DNA of 64,000 nt, from contig JBHGNT010000006.1 in the NCBI GenBank assembly GCA_043228905.1, positions 9,548,001 through 9,612,000 on the forward strand, read 5' to 3'. The notes beneath the pieces were generated by a model. It was not told the origin of the DNA. It was given only the letters and a program-made list of their open reading frames with translations, and did not search any database. Every line of letters begins with the position of its first letter. Position 1 is the first letter of the stretch. Below, piece after piece: positions 13,266 through 25,816 of the stretch. The DNA comes from Azolla caroliniana (Eukaryota > Plantae > Polypodiophyta). The translations under genes and the position numbers were made by a program.

Positions 13266-16200
13266 TGTTGGCATAAAAGGCCGACTCCTTCCACTTTGTA
13301 TCCTAGTGTGAACACGTCCTCTGGCTAGGGCTTGAGTATATAAGCTCAACCCTAACATTGTAAAGAACTATCTCAGAGCGTAAGAGTTACAGAGAAAGAG
13401 AAGAAGAAGAACTTCCATTGAAGCTCGAATATGTGTCTAGTTTTCTGTTTCTCCTTTTGTTACATTTCTGTGTTGTTCGTTGCACACCCTACAACAAGTC
13501 CTCATACTTATGCTTCCTCATATCTATAGATATCTGTCAACAAGTGGTATCAGAGCTACTTGTTGTTCGGTGGCAATGAAAGGCAAAAAGGATCAAGAAG
13601 ATGAACCTTCCAGCTGAAAGAAAAGACCAGGTCAGTAAATCTCACTTCGAAAAGAACATAGCTTCAACATTTGGTACCGGAGTTGAAATCGGAAATTTCG
13701 ACGGCAAAAACTTTGCCCTATGTAAGGAGATGATTTAAGACATGTTGATCATTCAAAGACAGGTTGAAGCCATCCGGCACAACTAAAATCCTACTTCAAT
13801 GTCTACTGAAGAGTGGAGATCCATAAGCGAAATCGCACTCTCCACCATTCGGATGCATCTAGCCGAAATGTCTATTTCAGCATGGCTAATGAGACAACAA
13901 CATTCTCTTTGTGGGAGAAGTTACAGGTTGTATATGAGAAAAAAATCTCTGCTTCAAAGTTAATACTGATCCGACAATTATTCAACATGAAGATGAGAGA
14001 GACAGATCCAGCAACCTCCCACATCAACACCTTCAGTCGGGTGTTGTCTGAACTCTCCTCCCATGGGATCAACTTCAAAGAAGAAGTTAAGGCCCTTGCC
14101 CTCCTTTCGAGCTTGCCAGTGAGTTGGGAGGTATTCTACACAACTTTCACCAGCAGCCCTAGGCTGAACCTGGAGGAGACAATCGGCCAAGTCCTCACAG
14201 AGGACTGTGAAAGTATTCGTGTGCCAAAGCATGAGCGTAAGACACCAAGTACACAATCGGTTGTTCGGAACTCGACAATTAGGTAAACACAGAGAATAGA
14301 TGTACAATGAGAGAGAGACTGAGAGAGCATACAACAACACTTCAATTTCAAATAATGAACACTTTTACATACAATGTACTCGGTGAGCACTTTTTATACA
14401 AGCCCTGACGAGCGGGCTAACATAAGTACCATCAATACTTGAATGCTCATAAATGAGCCTGACACTAATTCTGCCTATAATATTCCTATTTACTAAAATA
14501 TGAATATAGGCCTCCAACGGCCTACCGGAACCCTTCCGACTTGACTCACCCGAATTGAACTCCATTCGATTCAGCTCCCGACTCTTGGCTCTATAGCTGA
14601 TTTGGCCCATGTTGAGCTTGTCTCTCAACAAATACATTTGGCAAAAGTCGATGGGCTCACCATTGAGGAGTCGGCAAAATCCCACCACTCGACCGAGTCA
14701 CTTGAGCGATCAAGCCGATCGAGAGAACAAGTCGGAAGAACCATTCAGAACACCAGTCGACCGAGAAGAAGGGGAAACTGATAGTGGTCGAAGTCGAGGA
14801 ACGGTCAATCAAGTAATTTCTACACACATTGCAGAAAAACTAGTCACAATATTTCCGACTGTTGGTCGATCAAGATGAAGGAGAACTGTTGATAGTTCGA
14901 ACGAAACTCAAGACACTTTGACTTGAACTATTCTCTGGTCAGCAACCATATCAATGTTGCCGACTCACGAATAGGAGAATTTCTTTCTCTAGAGGATTCG
15001 ACTATCAAAGAAGTCCTATATATTGCGCAAGACACACAAACGTGGCTACTGGACTCTAGTGCCACATTTCACGTGACCCCAAACATCAAATGGTTTTCGA
15101 ATTATTCAACCGGCACAGTTCGACTAGGCAACGGGCAGCAGTGCACAATCGCAGAGATCGGAGAGGTCCCCATCCAATTGCCAAATGGCAATACAATTAC
15201 CCTGCACCAAGTCTAGCATGTACCCAAGCTCAAAAAGAGTCTAGTCTCCATCGACATGATAGCCGAAAACCGATACCGAACGACTTGTTGTGAGTCAACA
15301 TGGATGATTAGCCGAGGAAATCTAAAAATCAGAAATGGATATAAGTACAATAACTTGTATCCACTGATGGCGATCAGTCCAAAAGGGGTAGTGAACGTAG
15401 CAGAATCGACCGACCCAAACCTATGGCATGGCTGACTCAGTCATATGTCGCAAGCTGAATTGGACCGGCTAATGACGGTCAGCTACATCCCGAAATCGGC
15501 ACCCAGGAGATTCGGACGAGTCAGAAGTCCAACAAAGTTCTACCAACCGGGCCTTGACTACGTCAACTACAAGTACGCATGCGAACCAAGCTCCTACAAG
15601 GAAGCAATAGTCGTGCCAAACACCGACACATGGCTACAAGCCAAGAAATCCAAGATGAACTCGATTCGTTAGAATCAGACATGGGAGTTGGTTGAATTAC
15701 CAGTTGGAAGTAAACCACTGCCCTGCAAATGGATCTTCCAATACAAATATGTATTCGACTCAGAGAAGCCCAAATACAAAGCTTGGTTCATTGCTAAAGG
15801 GTTTAAACAAGAACATGGGTTCAAATACAATGTGATATTCTCACTAATAGTCAAGATGACCACCTTTGGCTCCTACTCAGGATCGTGGCGACTGAAGACT
15901 TAAAGCTCGAGCAACTAGATGTGAAGACGGCATTCCTACACGGAAATTCGGAAGAAGACATCTATATGTCTCAACCGGTGCTTCACGGCGACAAGGGAGG
16001 AAGGTCACCTCGTATGTCAAATGACGAAAAGCCTTTATGGCTTAAAACAAGTTGTGAGGATGTGGTACCAAAAGTTTGACTCCTACATCAGGCAGCTTGG
16101 TTACCACTGGTCCAACTCCGACCCATGCATGTATATTCTGCAACTGGCCGACGAATCCTGGATCTATTTGATCCTATATGTTGATGACATGCTCATTGCA

Positions 16201-17858
16201 AGGACAATCAAGCTGAGATCGGAAAGCTAAAGTGGAGCCTTCATGACAAGTTCGCGATGAATGAACTCGGACAAGCCCGACACATATTGGGCATGAGGAT
16301 CGAGCGACATCGGAAGACAAAGACTCTTTGACTCTCCAAGTCTAACTACATTCGAAAGGTGTTGAGGCGCTTCAACATGGAGAATGCGAAGCCAACACCA
16401 ACATTGCGTCCGACGTCGATCTGACTATCCGAAAGAGACTCTCCCTCAATGGAAGAGGAGAGAAAGCTCAATGGAAAGATACCCTACGCATCGGTCGTAG
16501 GATGTATCATGTACGCGATGGCATATGTCGTAGGGGTCGTCAACCGGCATATATCGAACCCAGGATGGAAGCATTGGGAGGCCGTCAAGCACATCCTTAG
16601 GTATCTAAGAGGAAAAAAGGATGCACAACTAACCTTCGGATCGACCAATTCGACCAAAGTCGAAGGCTATACCGACTCCAACTATGCCAAAAATACGGAG
16701 TATTGAATGGCAACATCAAGCTATATATTGACCTATGGTAATGGCGCCATATCATGGAGGTCGAAGCTTCAAGAGTGCACAACCCTATCTACCAGAGACA
16801 TTGAGTACATAGCAGCATCAGAAGCAGCGAAGGAAGCTATCTGGTTGTAGTGACTTCACAGCTACAAGACAAATTGACCATCCAGTGCAGACCATCTATT
16901 GCGACTCACAGAGCGCAATACACTTCATCAGGAATCCAGTCTATCATGCAAAGACAAAACACATTGAGGTGTGATTCCATCATATCAGGGAGCTCATAAC
17001 AGAGAAGAAGCTCGAAGTCTAGAAGATCAATATCAAGGTGAACATCGTCCATTGCCTAACAAAGCCACTCTAAGGACAACGCTTCAGAACACTAAGGACA
17101 ATGATGGGACTATGACAAGTGACTGAGTAGAAGAGAGTCGAATGAGGAGCATATGGTAAGTCAAAGACCGGCCCGATCAGATGAGCCGAAAAGGCAAAGT
17201 CAAAAGAATCGGAATGCCAAGAGGCTGAAGATGAAGACAAATCGAGGATCCAGAGAGGAGCACAGGAGCAAGCACGAGCAGATAATAAACGGTCGTCCCA
17301 AGGCCGAGAGTCAAAATCGGACATGAGCCAATCCAGACTAACAAGCTGATTTGAACGCAAGACAATTCAAACAAATCGATTCGACCAACTTAGACAAGCG
17401 AACCTAGACAACATATTTCCCCGATGACTAGCCAAACTAGGTTAGATTTCGACATTACTTTTGTAGATTCAGCCGAATGCCGACAAACTTGTATGTATAC
17501 TTGTAACTTAATATAGAGTTGTAATCTAGGCTTACAGGGGAGATAACCCCAAAATATACATAGGAAAGAGTAGCCCTTTTATGGGGGAGTTTGTTGGCAT
17601 AAAAGGCCGACTCCTTCCACTTTGTATCCTAGTGTGAACATGTCCTCTGGATAGGGCTTGAGTATATAAGCTCAACCCTAACATTGTAAAGAACTATCTC
17701 AGAGTGTAAGAGTTACAAAGAAAGAGAAGAAGAAGAACTTCCATTGAAGCTCGAATTTGTGTCTAGTTTTCTGTTTCTCCTCTTGTTGCATTTCTGTGTT
17801 GTTCGTTGCACACCCTACGACAAGTCCTCATACTTATGCTTCCATGTATCCATTGACA
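13266..17858 (+). mobile_element. Ty1/copia LTR retrotransposon (Tnt1/Tork-like), degenerate, integrase core deleted
   Basis: LTRs 13266-13542 and 17592-17858; PBS TGGTATCAGAGC 13545-13556; PPT GGGGGAG 17583-17589; TSD GGACA/TGACA; gag, WLLDSSATFH protease, LYVDDML RT, RNase H. Confidence 0.93.
14206..14630 (-). mobile_element. Solo LTR (425 bp) inside copia gag
   Basis: TG...CA ends; degraded TSD AGGAC/AATAC; removal restores VLTED|IWQKSM. Confidence 0.75.
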
Positions 17859-17863
17859 TGACA

Positions 17864-17966
17864 TGCGTGTGGAGGAAATTGTGGGCTGAGTTTGGTAGAT
17901 TATTAAAAGACAGACTTGTTGAAACTACCAATATTGTGGAGAGACATTGACAATTTATCAAGTATA
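17864..17966 (+). pseudogene. MULE transposase, part 2 (catalytic Glu region)
   Basis: CVWRKLWAEFGRLLKDRLVETTNIVERH*QFIKY, matching the MULE TNNxxExxH motif. Confidence 0.8.
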
Positions 17967-18390
17967 AACACTAGGTCATTTGAAACAGGTATTGGTACTA
18001 TGTCGCAATTTAAGAACAGTCCGTCCAAAAAAGACACAAAGTAGGTCATTTCACAAAAAGGATCATCGCATGCGTAAAGGTTTTTGGAAATTGAATCAAA
18101 ATATATTGATTTATGCCATGTCCAAAAATTTAGGGCATTCAAAAAATGCCTAAATAATCGACATGTAAAATTTACAAGAGAATGTACAAAAATTACAAAA
18201 TGATTAACACCTATATTTATACATATTTGTGAATCGCCATATTGATGTAACATACAATATTTACGTTTCATATATGAGATCCGTCACTTCCTAGAGATAC
18301 GCCTTCCCCTTTAGACCCACCCAATGAACTAGAAGAGCTTTGTGAGGTCTCATCCTCATCATCACTAGCAACCAATGCATTGTCTTCATC

Positions 18391-19456
18391 CTATTGCAAT
18401 CCAATGTCAACAGGCACATCTGGGACCTTCTCTTTTATTATCTTGATTGTAGTCTGTCTTAGATGGCCTGTTTTGGTTAAGGAGAAGTCATACACGAGTA
18501 TGTCGACATTATCAAGTGTTAGAGTAGACGTGTTGGGTAGATTCTTTCTTCTCCACTTTCTGCTTGTGCATCCGACATCTTTGGAAGAGGTACGATGCCA
18601 ATGAACCACAATGGATTGGACTTGATTGCCTTCATCATCCTTAATAATTTCAATGATTTTAGCAATCCAAAAGGGATGGCCCAATTTATCACCCCCCAGC
18701 TAATGTTGCAACCAACATACCAACTTGTAGCTCATGTAGATTGCCTTGCCATGTCGCCTCAGCAACATGCGATAATCTTGGTTCCACGTAAATATCTCTT
18801 TGTCGTGGACGAACTAGATTATTCAATTCAAGATTATCTAGTGGTTGTAAACATGTCGTGCTCTCCATTGATGGACCACCAATATTCCATTCGAATTGAT
18901 TTTGTAGTGGCCATACCCCCACAAAGTAGTTATCTAATATCGTACATTGATGATTAAAGAAGTTATCCCACCATTCCACATCCTGATCACCAACGTACTT
19001 TTTGGTTCTCTCAATATTTTTGTATTTGTCCACAAGGCCGCATCCAAAATATATTTTGCTCTTCAATTGAACTACTAGTAGCCAATCTTTTGTGGTCCAA
19101 TAGGACATTTGTTTTGCACCATAGATTACTGCATCTAGGAAATGCAATAAGAGCCTACATCCGTCTTGTGGCTCCCATTGCGAACTTGATGAGTATTGTT
19201 TGGCATACAACATCGTCTGGTTGTGACTGACCGCACTTTTTTGGATGAGGTAGACGTGGTTAAAACTTATATTATTACGCCTAGCAAGAACCCTACATTG
19301 AGTCCCATCACCATCCACACAGAAGCGTTTAAAATCATAAACTTCATCTAAATGTTGTACATCTGGCTTTGGGGTATAAGCGTTAGTGATCAACTTTGAC
19401 AGCATAGGAAGTATGAAAGCATCACATCTCGCTAATTTTTTGGAGAACCTACTCAT
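18391..19456 (-). pseudogene. C-terminal half of a Sola-like DDE transposase with a C-terminal beta-rich domain; N-terminal core deleted
   Basis: SRFSKKLARCDAFILPMLSKLITNAYTPKPDVQHLDEVYDFKRF resembles the segment following GHTHEDIDQ in DUF7869/Sola-type transposases (recalled, not searched); frameshift at ~18687. Confidence 0.55.
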
Positions 19457-19666
19457 GGTAAACAAAAACAATTTACTCGAGGTTGAGGACATCTCGACTA
19501 AGGCTAACTAAGCTCAATTGAGTCGAAAATAGCTCAAATTTTTCTTCTATAATAATTCAAATTTTAAAATAAGTTTTTAAAATTTTAAAATTTTAAAAAA
19601 ATTATATAATGGAAATGCCTCTTCTCATTGTCATTATCGCAATCAAGAAGCATAGAACATCCCAAA

Positions 19667-20464
19667 TAGGGCTTGAATTTGACGGGTTAGTATAAAAGTT
19701 TTTGACGGGCATTTTTTAAAGATGTATGTCATATGACACAAGAGTGCAAAAACTAACATGTCATTTGACATACAAATTTTAATAATGAAAGTTCTATATG
19801 ATGCTTTATTGTTATACATTTCATTACTATAGAAAGTTCACAAAGATGCACAAATAAACATAACTACCTAACAAAGATAATGAAATACATAAAATTAATA
19901 TCATGTTAATGTTTTTACTAATAAGTATGAAAAAAAGGTTAGTAAAAATTTAGTTTTAACTTAAAAATTTATGTAAGAAAAAAAAGTTAGTTTTAACTTA
20001 AAACTTAAAACATTAAAATCAAACCTAGAGTTATACACTCTTAAAGTATGTATTTAATAAAGGTTATTGTTTAAAATTTCAATCAAATTTCAACTAATAT
20101 TATTAGTAATGAAATTAAAAATAAATATTTGAGAATATATACCATTATTATATGATAATGATATTATTTTAAACGTGTTATAAAAAACATATAATTTTTT
20201 GGAAAAAAATTTATATAGTATTAATATATTATAATACACACTTCATATCTATAATAAGTGACATATGTATATGTATATAATATATATGTAATGGAAAATA
20301 GAATTTTAACATGTCATTTGACATGCATAATTTGTAGGGGCCTTTCGCATGAAAAATGGATATTTGAACTTTATATGTCACTTGACGGGCATTTTTATTA
20401 TTTGTATGTTTTTGACAGGCAAAATGCACTCGACGGGCATGACACCCGTCAAATTCCTACCTTG
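19667..20464. mobile_element. Non-autonomous hAT-type element (798 bp)
   Basis: Perfect 8-bp TSD ATCCCAAA (19659-19666, 20465-20472); imperfect TIRs TAGGGCTTGAATTTGACGGG / CCCGTCAAATTCCTACCTTG; subterminal GACGGG repeats; AT-rich interior. Confidence 0.9.
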
Positions 20465-20518
20465 ATCCCAAACCTTCCATTTTCGCCTCCCCGATCAACT
20501 CGAGTCAACATCAACAAC

Positions 20519-21915
20519 ATGAACAAGGGAAAGAAAATTGCCAGGTATCTTCTTTTAACTGTTTTTTAAGATTATCTAAATATTCCCAAAAGATTCCATT
20601 TTATTTTTGTTCATTTTCTGCACGAGAACTCAATGCACTAAATCGAGTTCCGGTTGAAAGAGGGTGGCTTTCAACAAGAACTCGAGTTCTCGTTGAAGGA
20701 GGCAAATTTTATGATTGATATACTAGAAATAGTAACTTCTTTGCTATTTTATTACTGATTTTTTAAATGTTTTTTATACAAGTTTACATTTAAATTCGAG
20801 TGTTTTTCTACTAATTTTGATGAACTTTACCTTTGTTTTAAGGTTTAAAGTATTTATTTTAAAGAATATTTTTATATCATTATGTTTTTACTTGTTGTTT
20901 TCAGTGAACCGTGTCAGAAGGTACCATCTTTCAAATTTACGATTCCTTCCCGAACTAAAAAACCTGCCGACCACATGCATAAGCCAGAATCTCGGAAAAT
21001 TTTGATTGAGTCGGGAGGTGATGGGACCTCCAAGTCTTCGAGCGTAAATACTATGAAGACTTTAGCCAAAAAGACTGGGGAGCCTCACCTCAAGACCTGT
21101 ACCCCCATGTGGAATGGACGTTGATCTATTCCGAGGTAGAAGGGGATTTGCTCCTCATACTTGAAAAATCCGAAGGTGAAGGAAAGCTTCAAGTGGGAAA
21201 GATCTTCAACTACGGGAAAATAAAGAATGTTGAATATGGGGACAATGACTCATGAACCTGCTTTTTGATGTTGATAGCTCAATGGGGATGCGAAGAATCC
21301 AGGTTGATGAAGGCAATTTTATAGCAGACTCCTGCCACCCCAAAGCCTTAAAGAAAGATTTACAAAGAAAAAACAATTTGATTGTTGCTTTGCGCCCATA
21401 TATCAAAGGAGAACTCATGGTCGCACAAGCATGCACCCCACCGAAGTCTGCCAAAAAAGGAAAAGTATAACACAAGAAGTACAAGAAACGGCAACATCCT
21501 GAGGAGAACGTGCCCGAAGTACTCGAGTTCGTTGAAGATGAGAAGGAAGATACACAACTCGAAGTAATTCCTCTAGGTGGCCAAATTGCCTCGGGAATCC
21601 TCACCTCAGAGCAAAATCGGATTCGAGAAAATATGGTAAAGACGAAGCATGTTTGTAAGGGACAACTATTTCGTTTACCGATTTGTTCTATTCAACGGCC
21701 ACCAATTGATCCGGAAATAGGACGACGGGCTCTAGAAATAAGAGAGCCACATTCAGTGCATGTGTAGAATTTGAAAAGCAAAATGAAGATAAATCCACAT
21801 GGTATTGTAGTGCCATTATTAGTAATGGTAGACCCAGATCAGTGCCCAACTGTAGCTGACTTCAAGTATAATTTGGTTGATGATTACATATACTACGTGA
21901 TTGGAGGATCCCACT
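20519..21915 (+). pseudogene. ParB/Srx-methyltransferase fusion gene, 5' part (N-terminus and first half of ParB-like domain)
   Basis: ATG 20519; GT-AG intron 20545-20904 joins MNKGKKIA-S-EPCQKV in frame; ...IREPHSVHV*NLKSKMKINPHGIVVPLLVMVD...YYVIGGSH ends at copia TSD CCACT. Confidence 0.7.
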
Positions 21916-24436
21916 GGTTGGGAATTCGGTCCCTCCAGATGTGATCCGAATGAGAACCGGACAAGCCAAATGACGGAACCGGATCCGGAAGGGTTTCGGA
22001 TCGAGTGAATCCGGATGGATCCAGTGCAAACCGTACCCAAGAACATACATGTAAATATGTTTCATAGTGAGCCCATCAAGGCTTTATTTGTAAATAGCCC
22101 TAAAGTCATAAAAGTATAAATATGACTTAGGGCAATCACTTTAGTAATGATGAGAGTTGTTGATAGACTGTGTACACAGTGAGTGAGAGACACACACACA
22201 CACACACAGAACGAGTTTTTGTTGTAACCGCCGATTGGCGAAGACATAGAGCTCGATGTCGTTGCCTTTGAGTCTCACATTGTATTCCTTCCCTCATAGT
22301 GATAGTTGGAGTCCGTGGGCTCCCATAGTTTTTTCCCATTTAGGGTTTCCACGTAAACATCCTGTGTCATCTTGGTTTTAGTTTGATCTCTTCTATTCCT
22401 TATTGAAGACTCGGTTGTGGCCGAGCATTATTTCCGCACAAACTGGTATCAGAGCATACAAAGGAAATGGAAGAATCATCACTGGCTCCAACTACGTAGT
22501 GTGGAAGTCGAAGATGAGGGACATGTGCTTGTGGTCAAAGATCTTTGGCTGTCGGTACAATTCGGGGACAAGAAACCGGATAAGATCGATGTCGTGACAT
22601 GGGAGGTGATGCACATGAAGACAACGGTGTACATCCGGTGCTTCATCGACATGAACGTGTACAACAACTTCAATGAAGAAAGTAAGGCTCATGTGCTCTG
22701 GGAAAAAATCGGCACCATGTTGGAGAGTAAAAATGTCATAAATCGGGTTTCGGTATTCTGGAAATTAGTGAGACTCTAGTACCAGGAGAGATCCAGCATG
22801 GCGGAGCACATGAACATGTTTCAACGGCTCATAAACCAAACAACTTCGCTCGAAGTACCTCTAGCCGACGAGGTACTTGCATTGCTCCTGCTCGGTTCCC
22901 TCCCGGATAGTTGGGAGACACTAGTTGTCACTCTGGGCAACGCAGGGCCGGAAGGAAAGCAGTTGTCCCTAGCAAGGGTAAAATCAAGCTTGCTAGATGA
23001 AGAAGCTTGCCAGAAGGACAGGGAGTCTGGAACCGATCCGAAGGCCTTAGTCACGGAAGATGACCAAAACCGGGGAAGAGGCCAGTATCGAAGTCCCCAA
23101 AACCGGGACAAATCAGGGACGAGATCGAAGTCAAGGGGAAGGCCTACTTGCTTCTATTGTGGGAAGTCGGGGCACTTCCAGAAGAATTTTCGGCATTTCC
23201 GGAAAGAGAAAGGGGCAGACACCACCAATCCGAAGAAGAGTTCGGACCGGAGAGGTCCAGTTCGGAAAGGAACGTCGGCAATCGTGACAAGTGAAGAAGA
23301 ACTGATGCTCATGACCGAGGAGAATGAGTTAAACTTTTTCAACGACGAGACAACGTGGGTTGTCGATTCCAGAACATCATTCCATCTGACACTAGACAGG
23401 AAATGCTTCAAATCCTACATAGCTAGAGATCACGGTTGTGTCTGGATGGGGAATGAAGGTACATGCCGAATTGTCCGCATAGGATATGTGTTGTTGAAGA
23501 CATCAACCGGATGCAAATTTCTGTTGAAAGAAGTCTGACACGTTCTGGAGGTTCGGTTGAACCTGATATCAGCCAGTTGACTAGATGATGAAGGCTACAT
23601 GAGTAGCATCCAGAATGGATTCATGAAGTTCAACAAGGGAAGCTTGATTGTGGCTCGAGCCCAAAAGATCAACACGTTGTCGTAGTGTAGGTTGCACACT
23701 ATGTGGAAATTATATTTTTGTCCCTCCGGGTAGAGAATGGAGTGCTCGGTGAGAACCGGAAGAAAACGGCAACCGGCAAGGAGGAAAAACGGCATACCGG
23801 CAAGGAGGAAAACGGCATACCGGCAAGGAAGAGCCGGATAAAGAGACATAAATGTAAAAAGAAAGGAAATATTTACTACTGCGCAGGGCGTGATTCGAAC
23901 TCTGCACCTCCACGTTGACAAACCCCAACCTTACCATTACATTAAATTATCTTAAGTGTTTTAAATATAGATTTAATATGTATAAGACCTTTATTTATGC
24001 ATACCTTTATTAAAAGGTAAATCGTGTATTTCTTTAATATATGAAAAAGAAAAAACACGAGACACTAAAAATAACTCATGCACATCTAGCGTGCATGAGC
24101 CCTATACTTAGGAAATAAAAAAGCATCACATGCACATTTAGTGGACATGAACACTTTTTGTAAAAAAAAAAGCATGAAGCCACGCTTAGCTCTTCTTTCC
24201 TTATATAAGGAGGAGAGAAATATGTAAAGGGTTGTTGATTATTTGGATTAAGTATTAATCAATACAAAAATTATTCGTGGGATTCACGATTTATACATCT
24301 ACTTCTCTCTTAACACCCTAAGTACCAATTAATATAGTATACTCGTGTGATTCACGAGTTTCTTATCTTTCTCTTTGCTATTTACTCTTAATTAATCTCT
24401 ATCTCACGAACTTCTTTCTCCTAGTCCAAGACCTCT

Positions 24437-25816
24437 GTGGTTCCCACCCGACTCACGCAACGATCCGCAGCCGAAAGGCACGACACAGTTGGTGAACCCG
24501 ACGTGAAGACGGGTGGCAAGGAGATGGAGGCTCAACAAGCTAACAATATGATGGCGATGTTCGAACGGATGCTTCAAGAACAACGCACGATGTCGGAGAT
24601 TTCGGCATCAGTAGAGCGGCTCGTGCAACGCAACGGGCAATTTAATGGTAAGGATGTGTCGCGATATTTGCAGGACTACAAGGCGGAGATGCTCCGGTGC
24701 CGGGCTTCGGAAGGACTGCAAGTGACATCCTTTAACCGGGTGGCGACCGACGGGCTTCAAGGGAGTATCCACGGGTTGCAACAACAAAATCCGACGTGGG
24801 AAGCATTCGAAGAGGCGTTAAAGACCACGTTTGCCATCGAGGACTCCTCCAAGGCAACGCGGAGGGGATTCGAGGATTGGGTGGAAACGTCAGGTAAGGG
24901 GTTGAAGGTCCTCGAAGTGTTTTCGACATTCGAAAGTCGGTTCGGGAGGTTGTCCGCGAGAGATCAAACTATTCTTGCGCCGGACAAAGTCATCATGTTT
25001 TTGCGAGCTGTGGACGTCCGGGACCGGAAAGATCTCGGAGTGCTTCTTGAGGACGCGACCACCGAAAGCGGCCTCACCGAAACATGGGGAAGCGTGCGGG
25101 ATATCGTCGCGCGGTACACGAAGAGGGGGCAATGGCTTGCCAACGAAGAAAAGAGGGTTTCGGAACCGATTCCGAAACCGAGAACGGGACTGGAAGACCA
25201 TCAACCGAGGGCTCGGGAGATTACGGCCGAGAAGGGAGTCGACGCGTCTACGGTGGAGCAGCTGCTGAAGGAGATGGAGAATCTAAAGATCGCGATGGTG
25301 AAGAAGTCGGACGACCGCCCCACAAGCTCCAAATATACGGATCGACGGTGCATATGGTGCGATAGCGCCGAACACGATCGGAGGGATTGCGACGACCATA
25401 AGGAGGCGCTACGACGGGATCTCATCTACTACGAGGGAAACCGGATTCATTCGATGGACTCTCGGAAGCCACTCCGACCGAACTTCCAGAAAGGCGGCAT
25501 GAAGAAGGTGCTCGAGGAGGAGTTAGCGGTAAGAAGCAACTATGCGACAACCGCGGGAATATGTGTCGGGGAGTCAACGGGAGCGAAGGCGTCTTTCTGG
25601 CCGGAGGTGCTAGGAAACACCGAGAAAACCGACTCCAACGATATCCGAAACACCGCGGAAGGCGTCCGGGAAGCTACGGGATGGGAGTGCCCTGTCGACA
25701 AGAATAGCATATACGCCCTGTGTCAATTACATGAGGTGTATGTGGACGAGAAACGACGGCGCACGGAGGATGCGGCCGGACCCGAAGATACCGGAAAGCT
25801 GGAACTCCGGAGGTAA
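24437..25816 (+). CDS. gag: Gypsy Gag (first ATG after the PBS at 24524)
   Basis: 459-aa ORF after the PBS; CIWCDSAEHDRRDC zinc knuckle. Confidence 0.88.
   Translation: MVPTRLTQRSAAERHDTVGEPDVKTGGKEMEAQQANNMMAMFERMLQEQRTMSEISASVERLVQRNGQFNGKDVSRYLQDYKAEMLRCRASEGLQVTSFNRVATDGLQGSIHGLQQQNPTWEAFEEALKTTFAIEDSSKATRRGFEDWVETSGKGLKVLEVFSTFESRFGRLSARDQTILAPDKVIMFLRAVDVRDRKDLGVLLEDATTESGLTETWGSVRDIVARYTKRGQWLANEEKRVSEPIPKPRTGLEDHQPRAREITAEKGVDASTVEQLLKEMENLKIAMVKKSDDRPTSSKYTDRRCIWCDSAEHDRRDCDDHKEALRRDLIYYEGNRIHSMDSRKPLRPNFQKGGMKKVLEEELAVRSNYATTAGICVGESTGAKASFWPEVLGNTEKTDSNDIRNTAEGVREATGWECPVDKNSIYALCQLHEVYVDEKRRRTEDAAGPEDTGKLELRR
24490..24506 (+). promoter_or_regulatory. Primer binding site complementary to tRNA-Trp 3' end
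   Basis: Reverse complement TCACGTCGGGTTCACCA matches the 3' end of plant cytosolic tRNA-Trp as recalled. Confidence 0.85.

Noticed and set aside
17963-17968. 2-bp TA TSD (Tc1/mariner-type) reading of the 17967-43359 element
   Set aside because: Removing only TA gives KYYLERKNK followed soon by a stop, whereas TATA restores the MULE-like KYTTLRERINR. The palindromic site leaves some ambiguity.
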